DNA of 63,808 nt from Negaprion brevirostris (lineage: Eukaryota): assembly GCA_030324005.1 (NCBI GenBank), contig JARDVH010000099.1, positions 17,582,553-17,646,360 of the forward strand, read 5' to 3'. This document shows, piece after piece, positions 25,003 through 37,864 of this stretch; the first letter of the stretch is position 1; the number at the start of each line of letters is the position of its first letter. A model generated the notes under the pieces. It did no database searches. It was not told the DNA's origin and saw only the letters and a list, made by a program, of their open reading frames with translations. The translations under genes and the position numbers were made by a program.

Positions 25003-26317
25003 GGAGAGCGCACATCCAACNNNNNNNNNNNNNNNNNNNNNNNNNNNNNNNNNNNNNNNNNNNNNNNNNNNNNNNNNNNNNNNNNNNNNNNNNNNNNNNN
25101 NNNNNNNNNNNNNNNNNNNNNNNNNNNNNNNNNNNNNNNNNNNNNNNNNNNNNNNNNNNNNNNNNNNNNNNNNNNNNNNNNNNNNNNNNNNNNNNNNNNN
25201 NNNNNNNNNNNNNNNNNNNNNNNNNNNNNNNNNNNNNNNNNNNNNNNNNNNNNNNNNNNNNNNNNNNNNNNNNNNNNNNNNNNNNNNNNNNNNNNNNNNN
25301 NNNNNNNNNNNNNNNNNNNNNNNNNNNNNNNNNNNNNNNNNNNNNNNNNNNNNNNNNNNNNNNNNNNNNNNNNNNNNNNNNNNNNNNNNNNNNNNNNNNN
25401 NNNNNNNNNNNNNNNNNNNNNNNNNNNNNNNNNNNNNNNNNNNNNNNNNNNNNNNNNNNNNNNNNNNNNNNNNNNNNNNNNNNNNNNNNNNNNNNNNNNN
25501 NNNNNNNNNNNNNNNNNNNNNNNNNNNNNNNNNNNNNNNNNNNNNNNNNNNNNNNNNNNNNNNNNNNNNNNNNNNNNNNNNNNNNNNNNNNNNNNNNNNN
25601 NNNNNNNNNNNNNNNNNNNNNNNNNNNNNNNNNNNNNNNNNNNNNNNNNNNNNNNNNNNNNNNNNNNNNNNNNNNNNNNNNNNNNNNNNNNNNNNNNNNN
25701 NNNNNNNNNNNNNNNNNNNNNNNNNNNNNNNNNNNAGGCTCAATGGGCTGAACGGCCCTCTTGCACTGATTCTTTGGTAACTATTCAGGTAAGTACAGGG
25801 AAACTGATTCCAGCTCAGAGAGACACTTCCTCAGGGCTCCAGGGGCATCGACTGCTTAAACCCCCAAACCTCGGGTAGTGAGCACAGGCTGGGATCCTGT
25901 GTCTGGGATCAGAGGCTGAAGCTAGGTCCTGGCGGGCTTCTGAGCTCCTTGAGCTGCTCTCTGAATTCCAGAAAATCGGAATGTAGCGGATGACATGTGG
26001 CCACCTCTGAGCAAAAAGGAAAGCGTAATAACCCACTTTCATTTCCCACCGCCGCCCACAAAATCTGCTTGGCTAAAAGTTCAATCTCCTGAAACGAGAC
26101 GCTTCATGTTTCTTGATATTTCTGCTTTGCCTTCAATTTATAAAACTTAACACACACACAATCTAAAGATCATGTTCTGCAGATACTATATGGGGAGCTG
26201 GGGAGAAGATATCCCTTCATCTTTCTGAAGCCAGTATTGAGCTGGGACTGAGGTCCCCACTATATTCCCCGCTGATCAGTGGGNNNNNNNNNNNNNNNNN
26301 NNNNNNNNNNNNNNNNN

Positions 26318-26684
26318 NNNNNNNNNNNNNNNNNNNNNNNNNNNNNNNNNNNNNNNNNNNNNNNNNNNNNNNNNNNNNNNNNNNNNNNNNNNNNNNNNNN
26401 NNNNNNNNNNNNNNNNNNNNNNNNNGGGTACCCCAGAACAGGTCGGGGTTTCTGATGGAGAAGTCCAACAGGTCGGCGTACGATTTTACCCCGGGGAAGG
26501 AGCTGGCCTCCGGCAGGAAGGTGCTGATGGCAGTGGCTGAGGGGGTGCTGCAGTGGAACGGCCGGAGCTGGTAGTGAGGAACCCGGGCACAGCCCCTGCT
26601 CCCCCCCGGCACCCTGGCGTAGCGAAGGCGGCAGCATCTGAACGGAACCGGCAGCAGGCGGCTGCCCCCCAGGATGGCTCTCAT
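26318..26684 (-). CDS. ACSS1: ACSS1 exon 1 (mitochondrial targeting peptide; 3' end hidden in N gap, end coordinate estimated)
   Basis: ATG at 26684; Arg-rich, acid-free MRAILGGSRLLPVPFRCCRLRYARVP, then SYADLLDFSIRNPDLFWGT (ACS N-terminal FW motif); runs into gap 26284-26425; GC-rich. Confidence 0.85.
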
Positions 26685-27256
26685 TTGTGCCCCTCTGTCT
26701 GTCTCTGTCCGGGAGCAGTGCAGCTGCAAAGCCGGCTCCCCCACAGCAAACTCCTCAGGTAGACCCCTGGTCAACTCAAACTGCCTTCGTGTGGAAGCGG
26801 CCCATCCAAGGAGAGCACAGCCCAAAATAGGAAACAGTGCAGCATGAAGAAGACTGAGCTGAGAGGGGCCCCCTTGAGGTAAAGGCAGCCAGAGATCTCG
26901 GAGACACTGCAGGAGGGTGGGGTGGAGAAGGTTCATATCCACGAATCATCTCTTCCTGCCTGAGCTCACAAAACTCACTGACATCACAAAGAAACTTGAA
27001 GCACGTTTCCCCGGGTTTAAATAGCAGTCAAAATAACATTACAGAAACTCTGCTCATCATAACTCGTGTGCTGATGTTTGCCTCTCAACGACTGTTCAGC
27101 AATTAAAATAGGATGTGTACGGCCATGTGCTGGTTATCTTAATGAACCATAATCCAGAGAGCATGTGTCCAAATTCTACCGGAGTCGTGAAAACCTGAAT
27201 TAAGTTTAAAAACAACACTGTAGATAAAAAGTTGGTACCGGTCAAAATCTGATACA

Positions 27257-29445
27257 TTGACCCTCACTGACACTGTCAACACTCACACTCAGCATTCACA
27301 TTGTTCACACCCATACTGTCCACACAGATACTGTTCATACTCACTGTCCGCTCTCACACTGTCCACACTCACTGTCAACACTGATACTGTCCACACGCAC
27401 GCTGTTCACACTCACACTGTCCACACTCACACTCAGCATTCACACTGTTCACACCCATACTGCCCACACAGATACTGTTCATACTCACTGTCCGCTCTCA
27501 CACTGTCCACACTCACTGTCAACACTGACACTGTTCATACTCACACTGTTCACACTCACACTGCCCTCACTCACACTGTCCACACACACTGTCAACACTG
27601 ATAGTGTCCACATTCACTTTCCACACTGATACTGTCGACACTCATACCGTTCATACTCACACTGTCCACACTCACTGTCAACACTGATTCTGTTCACACC
27701 CATACTGTTCACACTCACACTGTCCACGCTCACATGTTCACACTCACACTGTCCACACACACTGTCAACACTGATACTTTCCACTCTCACTTTCCACACT
27801 GATACTGTTCACACTCACACTGTTCACACTCACATTTTCCACACTCACACTGTCCACACACACTGTCCACACTGATACTGTCAATACCCACACTGTTCAC
27901 TCTCACACTGTTCACATTCACACTGTCAACACTGATACTGTCCACACTCACAGTATTCACACTGATGCTGTCCAAACTTGCACTGTTCACACTCACACTG
28001 TCCACACTTACATTGTTCACACTCATCCACACTCACACTGTCCATGTTCACACTGTCCACATTCACACTGTCCACACTCACACTGTTCATACTCATAGTA
28101 TCCACACTCACACTGTCGACACTCATAGTATCCACACTCACACTGTCCACACTCACACTGTCCATGCTTACACTGTCCACTCTCACGCTGTGCACTCACA
28201 CTGTCCACACTCACACTGTCAATACTGACACTGTTCACATTGACACTGTCCACACTCACACTGTCCACACTTACACTGTTTACGCTCACACTGTTCACAC
28301 TCACACTGTCCACACTCACATTGTTCACACACATTGTTCACACTTGCAGTGTTCACACTAACTCTGTTCACACTGACACTGTCCACAACTCACACTGTCC
28401 ACAATTACACTGTTCACACTCACTGTTCATGCTCACACTGTTCACGCTCACACTTTCCACACTCACACTGTTCACACACACTATTTACACTCACATTATT
28501 CACATTCACACTGTTCATGCTCACATTTTCCACATTGACACTGTTCCCACACATTGTTCACACTCACACTGTTCACGGTCACACTTTCCACACTGACACT
28601 ATTCACACTCACACTGTCCGCACTCACAGTGTTCACACTTAACCTTTTTTACACTCACACGGTTTACAGTCACATTGTTTACACTCACATTTTCCACGCT
28701 CACACTGTTCACACTCATACTGCTTACACTCACACTGTTCACACTCACACTTTCCACATTCACATGGTTCACACTCACACTGTCCACACTCACACTGTCT
28801 ACACTCACACTGTTCATGCTCACACTTTCCACGCTCAAACTGTTCATACTCATACTGTTCACACTCACACTGTCCACACTGATACTGTCCTCACTCACAC
28901 TGTCTGTACTCACATTGTCCACACTCACACTTTCCACATTCACACTGTCAACACTGAAACTGTCCACACTAACACTGTCACACTGTTCACACTCACACTG
29001 TCCATACTCACACTGTCCACACTCACGCTATCCACACTCACATCAACACACACACTGTCAACACACACTATTCACACTGATACAGTCCACACTTACACTG
29101 TTCACACTCACACTGTCAACACTCACACTGTCAAGCCACACATTGTCAACACTCACACTATTCACACTGATACTGTCCACACTCATACTTTCCACATTCA
29201 CACTGTCCATACTCACACTGTCCACATTCACAATGTCAATACTGATACTGTCCACACTCACACTGTCCACACTCTCACTGTCCACATCAACACTGTTAGT
29301 CAACACCCACACTGTCAACACTGATGCTGTCCATATTCACATTGTTTACATTAATACTGTCCATGTTCATACTGTCTACACTTAGACTCACATTGACAAC
29401 ACTAATACTGCCCATCACTCACACTGTCCACACTCACACTCTCTC
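27257..29445. repeat. About 2.2-kb minisatellite, about 15-bp unit ACTCACACTGT(C/T)CAC
   Basis: Continuous degenerate array; 144-bp higher-order duplication at about 27281-27424 / 27425-27568. Confidence 0.97.
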
Positions 29446-29689
29446 CCTCCCCACTCTTTACAGAGGTCCTTTACCTCTGTAATTGCCTGTTACATCTCAA
29501 ACTTTCTCAAGTACTAATAAAAATGGCAGTACTTGTGGCAGATAACATTCAGCATCACAGTAAGTGACATCATGTGCATCACCAAGAAAATGGATCCACT
29601 AACATATATTTTGAATTCTGTATTCAAATTAACCAATAGGTAGATATACAACCATACCACCCATGCAGTTCGTCTCATAAACAATCTTC

Positions 29690-29968
29690 AATGGGGGTTC
29701 CACATTAGGCAGATAACACCCATAGTCAACTGCGTTCTTGGATTTCTGAGGAGGAATCTTAGTATTGTAACAAAAATACCAGAGTTATAGATTACCAAAC
29801 ATTTGCTTGTCCAGCCCTACATGCGTGGAATCTTTATAAGGCAAGAGATATAATTATAACTGAAGCAATCCAAAGATGTGCTGCCCAATTCCGAATCAAT
29901 CAGTGTGGAAAATAGACCAGTGTCACATCCTGGATCAAAGATTTAGAAGGGGAATCACTTCAGCAAAG
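29690..29968 (+). mobile_element. Old LINE RT C-terminal fragment (CR1/L2 supergroup, distinct family)
   Basis: Frameshifted LGFLRRNL...EAIQRCAAQF...TSVTSWIKDLEGESLQQR. Confidence 0.55.
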
Positions 29969-30402
29969 GGCGGCACAGTAGTTAGCACTGCTGCCTCATA
30001 GCGCAGGGACCCAGGTTCAATTCCAACTTCGGGTGTCTGTGTGGAGTTTGCACCTTGTCTCTGTATCTGCGTGGGTTTCCTCTAGGTGTGCTGGTTTCCT
30101 CCCACAGCCTAAAAATGTGCAGGTCAGGTGGATTGGCCATGGTAAAATTGTCCCTTAGTGTCCTAAAATATCTNNNNNNNNNNNNNNNNNNNNNNNNNNN
30201 NNNNNNNNNNNNNNNNNNNNNNNNNNNNNNNNNNNNNNNNNNNNNNNNNNNNNNNNNNNNNNNNNNNNNNNNNATATCTTAGGGGAATTATGGTTAATCT
30301 GCAGAGTTTCAGGGATAGGGCAGGAAAAATCTCTGTCAAAGAGTCAGTGCAGACTAATTGGGCCAAAATGGCCTCCTTCAACACTGTAGAGATTCCATTC
30401 TA
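29969..30402 (+). mobile_element. HE1-like SINE (gap inside)
   Basis: Head GGCACAG-TAGTTAGCACTGCTGCCTCA, V-core and tail. Confidence 0.8.
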
Positions 30403-31804
30403 TGAAAGGAGGGAGAAAAATCAACATGGTCAAGTTCTATAAAATATGGAATACACTTGTGGGGGGAATTGTGGGAAATGAGTATGTGGTTCCCTCTAGT
30501 AACGTCAAAACACAAGGTAGCCATCCAACAAACTACAAAGACTGTTTGTTTCCGAGACAGTGTATCAATGGTCTTTCTTCCCAAGGACAATCCCACAGCG
30601 GAACAAGGTATCAAAGGAAACAGTGACAACCCCATCAAGGGAAATCTCCATGATTCACCTTCAGATTATCTTCATTTCTAATTTTCATTATCAGGGCTAG
30701 CTTGGTTTAGCTACCGCTAACTATATAAATGTTGGGCAGAATAATGTTACTTGTCTGTGAAGCTGCCATAACCAAAGCAGAAACTCAATCAGGCATGGAT
30801 CTGATAAGTTAACTTGTTTCTCTCAGCACAGATGCAGCCCACACTATTGAGTATTCCCAGTATTTTTCTACTTTTTATTTTAAGATTGTATGGATCTGTC
30901 TATAAGCCAAGGAGTAAATATTTTCCTGTGTAGTCACAGAAATTCAGCACAGCAAAAAACAGAAATGGAATAACTTTCCATTGGAGGCATTCCACTTAAA
31001 AAAAGATATTTTTCTGTGTTGTAGCGGGATACTGCTCAGTCAGTTTAGAAAGAATTTGTTTTAAAACTCGTCGGCCACATGGCTCCTGGCTTGGAGACTC
31101 CACATGAACTGAGAGAGGAGGAGTTGGGATTGAGAGCAGGTACACATCTGTGCTTTTCAAACACTGACTAAAGTTTCTTGCGTCCGGCAGCTCGGGATGG
31201 TTTAATGCAGCATGACTGAGACTTTTCATGAGTATGGAATTTAGCACCCTCTGGTGTGCTACTTAGGTTCAGCATGTTCAAATAACAAATAATTTAAAGC
31301 AATATTTTTATTATTTCCACAATCGATCCTTGTTGTTCCATGTATATCATTTAAAAACACGTTTACGGTCATTTCTTTATACTCATTAATCTACTAAACA
31401 AAATAGTATTCAAAATAATTCCAAAATACATTGTTTTTTAAAACATTTTAAGTGATTTAAGATATGGAGGTTACTATTGCAGTGATAAATTGTTCTCCAT
31501 GCTTTGTAATGTAATTACTTCAGCCATATGTTCTCATCCCTGTTTCAGTCGGGTTATTGCTGCAATCAAATACTTTTTCGAAAGGATTATTATTGCAGTC
31601 AGAGATTCTTGTGTTTCTATCGGGCTATTACCACAGTCAGTGATTCATATTCCTCATTCCATCACATTATTGAAGCAATGGGGTATTCATACATCTATTG
31701 TTATACAGCTAATACTGCAGTCCAAGCTCCTTACCCCATTTCTAAAAAGTACAACTGAATTCAGTTCTAAACAGTCACAGATTCATACTTATTTTCTATA
31801 TGTT

Positions 31805-32051
31805 CGGGGATATGGGCATAGCTGACTAGTCTAGCATTTATTACCCATCCCTATTATTGCCCTTGAGAAGATGGTGGGGAACTGCCTTCTTGAACTGCTG
31901 CATTCCATGTTGTAGGAACACTCAGAGGGCCGTCAGGAGGGGAGTTCCAGGATTTTGACCCAATTATAGTGAAGAAACACCAATAACACCAAGTCAGGAT
32001 GATATGAGACCTGGAGGGAAACTTGCGTGTGGTGGTACTCCCATGCATCTG
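31805..32051 (-). mobile_element. LINE 3' fragment (continues at about 33872-33960)
   Basis: Homologous to 35640-35890; interrupted at CATGCATCTGC. Confidence 0.7.
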
Positions 32052-32600
32052 CTGTTAGGAAAGCAGAGGTAGTTTTAGATGAGCCATATTTGTATTGTTA
32101 AATATTAGAAATAGGTATAGATTTTAGTGGGTTTAATTTTATGTTTCTGTGTAAAAAAGAGTAAACCTGTAGTTAGATTCATATTAGACAATGGGGTTTG
32201 CATCTGGAGGTTAGGTTTGAACTCAACTGCACTTCAACTGTGCTTAGAGAGGGTTATGGGATGAAAAATAAACAAACTGGGAGAAATATAAAGACTTTGC
32301 TCAGAAACCAGAGCACCTTTAGTGTAGGAATGTAGATTTAGCTGCATTTATTGCTAGTTGGTTTTGGTGGGCTAGAGCATTGCCAGTTGGTTTTAGTAGG
32401 CTAGAGAGGGATTATCTCTCTCAGTTTTTGTAGAAGAAAAGCCTTACCATGGAGTAATGTTTAAGATTAAAAGTGCAGGAAACTTAAAGAAGAGCTATAT
32501 AAGTAAACTAGAGAAATTTCTAAAAGTCTAAAGTTAAAGGAATAAAGAGGAACTGATATTTGGAGCAGGATGCTGCTTATGGAAGTCAGAGTCAGACCTG

Positions 32601-32912
32601 GGCGTCACGGTGTACAGTGATTAGTATTGCTGCTTCACAGTGCCAGGGACCCGGGTTCAATTCTGTCCTCAGGTCACTGTCTTTGTGGAGTTTGCACATT
32701 CTCTCCGTGTCTGCATTGATTTCCTCCAGGTGTTCCAATCTCTTCCCACAAAAATGTACGAGTTAGGTGATTGGTGATGCTAAATATGTACACCATGGCC
32801 ATGTTTAACAGGGTAAATAGGAGGGGTTAAGGTGATAAAGTCTGGGTGGGATTGTGGTCAGTGCAGAAACAATGGGTCAAATGGCCTCCTTCTGCACTGT
32901 GGGGATTCTATG
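32601..32912 (+). mobile_element. HE1-like SINE
   Basis: Head, V-core, tail ending GGGATTCTATG. Confidence 0.85.
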
Positions 32913-33106
32913 GATTTATTGCTTCTGGGAAGAGAAGAGCTGGTGAGGTTGGCTGCAGACGAAGCCACATATCGGAAGTTTCGTACCCTTATTGCCAGTG
33001 TTTAAAGCAATAATATTCTGCTGGGGACTGAGTACCTGAGTTAGTGTAAAAGCATTTAAGACAAAGGAAACCAGAAAGGAGAAGTGGAAAACCCAGTGCT
33101 AGATTA

Positions 33107-33442
33107 GGGCAGCATGGTAGCACTGCTGCTTCACAGCTCCAAGGACCTGGGTTCAATTCCCGGCTTGGGTCACTGTTTGTGTGGAGTTTGTATATTCTCC
33201 TCGTGTCTGCATAGGTTTCCTCCAGGTACTCTGGTTTCCTCCCACAGTCCAAAGATGTGCAGGTTAGGTTGATTGGCCATGCTAAAATTGCTCCTTAGTG
33301 TTCTGAGATTGTAGCTTAGAGGGATTAATGGGTAAATATGTAGGGATATGGGGGTAGGGAATAGGTGGGATTGTGGTTGGTGCAGACTCAATGGGTCAAA
33401 TGGCCTCTTTCTGCACTATAGGGTTTCTGTGATTCTATGAGA
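33107..33442 (+). mobile_element. HE1-like SINE
   Basis: Head, V-core, tail ending GATTCTATGA. Confidence 0.88.
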
Positions 33443-35261
33443 TTCCTTGTCAAAAGCGGAGTGGAACCTTTGTTTAAAAGGATTGTTGGAAAATCTGGAA
33501 TAGATTTTTAAATGCAAGCAGCTGGTGGAAAGCATTGTTTGAAAGAAGACTTTAAAGTTTGTCTTTTTGGGAGTGGAGTTTGGAAACACTCATGAGACGA
33601 TCGTCTGGGAAGATTGTGAGAGAAAATCATGGTTTCAGAGTGGGGTGTTTTCTTTGGCAACTGTATGCATTTGTGAAGCTAATGGGGAGTAAAAGAGTGT
33701 TGTATCATAATTAAACTTTTCATATTAATAAATGTTTTTTCTTGTTGTTAAAACTAATTAGCAGTCCTGTGACTGTTTTCTTTAAAAAAAGTAAAAGTTA
33801 CGGTCTTCAGAGCCAGTGTTCCATTCTGGGATCTTTCCGTTGAGTTATAACATCAACTGGGATCAGAATACTTTGTCCTGCTGGGCGATAGAGGTCATGG
33901 ATTTGGAAGGTGCTACTTGGTGAGTTGCTGTTTCTATTGCATTATTACTGCCACCAAACCTGTATACTTGTTTCCTCTGAGTTATTATTGCAGAGATTCT
34001 TATTCCTATTCCTCAAGGGTAATAGCTGCACTTACAGATTCTTACTTCTCATTTATAAAGTTATCACTCCAATCAGATTCTTTGTCACAAACGTGATTGG
34101 CTGAATGGCCTCCTTTGCTGTATGGTGCTAATTTTGTTTCATTTTTTGCATTCTACATTGTGTTGATATCTCCATAATTACAATCAATGGCTTTCTGCCA
34201 TTAGCGAGTATAACTCACAGCCACAGTTACTAAGTTAAAAATGCAAAGGTACAACAAAAAAGCAAAGCATGTTAACACTGAATTGAAAGTTTATTTGGCA
34301 TCACACATCATCTATAACATTTGAATAATTATCAATGGAAAATAGATTACATAAAGTTTTATGTAGCAAAAGTGCTTCTGATAAACATGACAGGACTAAG
34401 ATTACGGGTCTAAAACAAGACTTTTGTGTTTGCTATAAAATCATTTATACTTTCTATTCTTATGAATATCCATCCTGAAACCACTCATTTCAACGGTCAT
34501 ACATATCTTAAAGAAGTCATTTTGGCTTATTAAACATTTTGTTTAGATATAATGCAGGCTGTATTCTGGCCAATGGACAATTCGGCATAACTATACAAAA
34601 CTACACCTAGAAAGGAAACTCCAGTTTTCAACTGTCCATAAGCTGCTGGCGTATTATAACTCAGGACATAGTCAGATGCTAATCCAAGCCAATCCAAGGT
34701 TTTTGATGCTGAAATCAAAAGTTTTATATTGGGCAGTATTGGATACAATTAATTACAACCAACAACTCTCAGCTTGCCTTGAAGGATATGTGCTGTAGTT
34801 ATACCTGCTCTCACCAGTATATTCTAACTAGAATACCCTCAACCCCAAACAATTTCTTTTAGGTATGTGCTTGATCAACCAAATGTGGATATAGAATCTT
34901 AGAACACACAAGAGATTTTCGAGCTACCTAATTAGGCCCACTATCACATTCTTTCCTATAGACCCTGTAGGAAAACAATAGATCTGCTGCATTTGAATAC
35001 CAGTCTCCCAGCATTTCTATTGGATGGATTTTTTGATTTGTAACACCATGGCTGTCTGTTCACTTGTTAGCTTCAGCCAGCATGCTCCCCCAAATGCCCA
35101 TGTAATGGGATGTCAGCCTGTCATAAAGCAACATCAATCACCTCTTCAGTCATTAGGAGGCAAGAATTCTTCCTGTCAATTAGTCACCAGCTTACTACCA
35201 ACTGGACTTGGATGTATTCCCAGAGGTTTTGTTGAATGAATTTAAAAAGTTTTAAAGTTTT

Positions 35262-35497
35262 TATTTATTATTTATTAGTCACAAGTAAGGCTTACATTAA
35301 CACTGCAGTGAAATTACTATTGAAATTCCCCTCGTTGCCACATTCCAGCGCCTGTTCGAGTCAATATACCTAACCAGCACTTCTTTCAGACTGTGGGAGG
35401 AAACCCACGCAAACTCTAAACAGACAGTGACCCAAACCAGGAATTGAACCCGGGTCCCTGGCACTGTGAGGCAGCAGTGCTAATCACTGTGCCACAC
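35262..35497 (-). mobile_element. V-SINE-like element with alternative (type B) tail, internally deleted
   Basis: HE1-like head; antisense tail TTTATTAGTCACAAGTAAGGCTTACATTAACACTGCA. Confidence 0.8.
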
Positions 35498-35639
35498 CAC
35501 CCCACATCCTGCCACACTGCCACCTTATCCCTACCATTGCTCACTTGACACATCCATCCTCAGTCCACCTCCCCATGCCAATGGAAAGAGAACAACATCC
35601 ACTACTTACTTGAATGATTCTTGATTGTCAAACTTTTTT

Positions 35640-36222
35640 TTTCCTTTATTTGTTTATGGCATGGGATTCTCCAGCTCTAAATGCCCTTGGGAAGGCAATG
35701 GTCAGCCATCTTCTTAAACAGCTGCAGTCTGTGTGGTGTGGGTACATCCACAGTGCTGTTAGAGAGGGAGTTCCAGGATTTTGGCCTAGCAACAACGAAG
35801 GAACAATAAAATAGTTACAAGGCAGGATGATGTGTTCCTTGAAGTAGAACTTGCAGGTAGTGGTGTTCCCAGGTATCTGCTGTCCTTATCTTTCCAGGTG
35901 GTGGAAGTCACAGGGTTGCAAGTTGTTATCAAAGAAGACATGATTAATTGCTACAGTACATCTTGTAGATGACACACACTGCTGCCACTCTGCATTGGTG
36001 GTGGAAGGAATGGATGTTTAAGCTGGTGCACGGGGTGCCAATGAAGTAGGTTGCTTTGTCCTGGATAGTGTTGAGCTTCTTGAGGGTCAGTAGAGCTGCA
36101 CTCATCCAGGGAGGTGAAGTATTCCTCCACACTTCTGACTTGTGTCTTGTAGAGGATGTATAGACTTGGGAGAGTCAAAATGTATTTCCCGCTGCAGAAT
36201 TCCTAGCCTCTGACCTCCCATA
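35640..36222 (-). mobile_element. LINE 3' fragment (CR1/L2 supergroup)
   Basis: LYKTQVRSVEEY / WMSAALLTLKKLNTIQDKATYFIG / HSFHHQCRVAAVCVIYKMYCSN frameshifted RT C-terminus. Confidence 0.8.
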
Positions 36223-36472
36223 TGCAATAGTTTTATAACTGAAGTAAACTGTTCAAAACAAAATACACAATAAAAAGATGTCATGATGATGTTTCTCCTG
36301 GGTGCAACCGTAGCCGGGAGATTAATCTTCAATTCCAGGTGACTCCAGTATAATCATGAAGGGTTACCTACCCGTCTCACCTAAAATTATAAGACTTGCA
36401 ATGGTCTAATTGTAAGATCAATTGCTCGTTGCCACAGTGACAAACTGTCTTGGTTACAGCATATGCTTCATC

Positions 36473-36727
36473 TGTGGCACAGTGGTTAGCACTCATGTCT
36501 CACACCCGGCTTGGGTCATTGTTTGTGTGGAGTTTGTAAGTTCTGTGTGTCTGCGTGAGTTTGCTCCAGTTTCCTCCCACAGTCCAAAAATGTGCTGACT
36601 AGATGCATTGGCCATGCTAAATTGCCCCTCAGCATACCCGAACAGGCGTCGGAGTGTGGCAGCTAGGGGATTTTCACAGTAACTTCATTGCAGTGTTAAT
36701 GTAAACTTACTTGTGACATTAATAAAC
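36473..36727 (+). mobile_element. V-SINE-like element with type B tail
   Basis: Head, TTGGCCATGCTAAATTGCCCCT core, then CCCGAACAGGCGTCGGAGTGTGGC...ACTTGTGACATTAATAAA. Confidence 0.85.
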
Positions 36728-37864
36728 TTCAAACTTTTTAAAAAACTTTAATCTGCCCAAAGGACCACTAGTTGCCACTGTCCATTGGTAAATGCACTGG
36801 ATCTTTTAAAATGGAACTACCCCAATAACGGTATTTACCACCTCCCCACCCCTCTTGGCTTGGCCAGGATCCATTGCAGCAACTCACCAAGCTTCTTCAG
36901 CAATGCTTCAGCTTGAGCCACCTAACAGTCAGTGCCTCTAACCTCCTCTCCCAAGTCACACAATATCTGGACTTGGATATATATTGCCATTCTGTCATCG
37001 GCAAAATCCTNNNNNNNNNNNNNNNNNNNNNNNNNNNNNNNNNNNNNNNNNNNNNNNNNNNNNNNNNNNNNNNNNNNNNNNNNNNNNNNNNNNNNNNNNN
37101 NNNNNNNNNNNNNNNNNNNNNNNNNNNNNNNNNNNNNNNNNNNNNNNNNNNNNNNNNNNNNNAAATATACTGCCATATTTGGAAAATCAGAAGCTGACCA
37201 AGTGAGGGAGGTCTCACTCAGAACTATTATCCATTTATCTCTCCATCTCTTGAAAATACCCCAAAGGGTTAGAATTCCAGCTTCAACAAATGTTTAGCAG
37301 GAACACTTATCAAGAACAACAGACACTATGCAAATATTCTTTTTTGTCAAAACAAAACGTGAGGTAGTAAAACTTTTAAAGTAAATGGAATTTATCAAGT
37401 CTTTAGCATCACACAAGTATTCAGTTCATAACTGAGGTTAAAAATATTTATAATTGTAAGAAATATTAACAAATATATTTAAAAAGACATCCGCAATGTG
37501 TAATGTCCAACTCCTAATATTTGTGCTGTCTGTTCTTACCTTGGTTTGTGAACTGAGTTTACAGCTTTGAAACAGGAATAACTGATTAAGATTTTAGGAT
37601 TAGATCAGGAATTGTATTGTTTTGGAACCTTGTGTACACCATATAATTGAAGTGGTCTGTGTCTTGTTTTGGTATATGTAAAGGTATTATCTGGCTGGAA
37701 GTATGCTACAAGGCTGTAAAACAATCCCAGTTTCAAATTGATTTGCAGTTTATGAAACATCAAAACTCAGAAATTGTGCCACATCCCAGCACATGCATTA
37801 TCCACTGCAGGACACGTGGGTCCCTTGTATTAGCCAATGCATAACATAACACAGCCGTACATTT

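Larger units (their letters stand above)
32052..33870 (+). mobile_element. Putative solo LTR carrying two nested SINEs
   Basis: Starts TGTTAGGA and ends GGGATCAGAATA; AATAAA near 33727; splits a LINE fragment. Confidence 0.5.

Noticed and set aside
24790-25878. ORFs of 260-360 aa
   Set aside because: Made almost entirely of the N gap plus a 19-bp tandem repeat
27257-29445. Long His/Thr/Leu-rich ORFs and a superficially CRISPR-like periodicity
   Set aside because: By-products of a 15-bp minisatellite; no unique spacers, no cas genes, eukaryotic context
34200-34560. AT-rich block resembling a distal 3'UTR end on the minus strand
   Set aside because: Only composition and one AATAAA support it, about 5 kb from the VSX1 stop; needs transcript data
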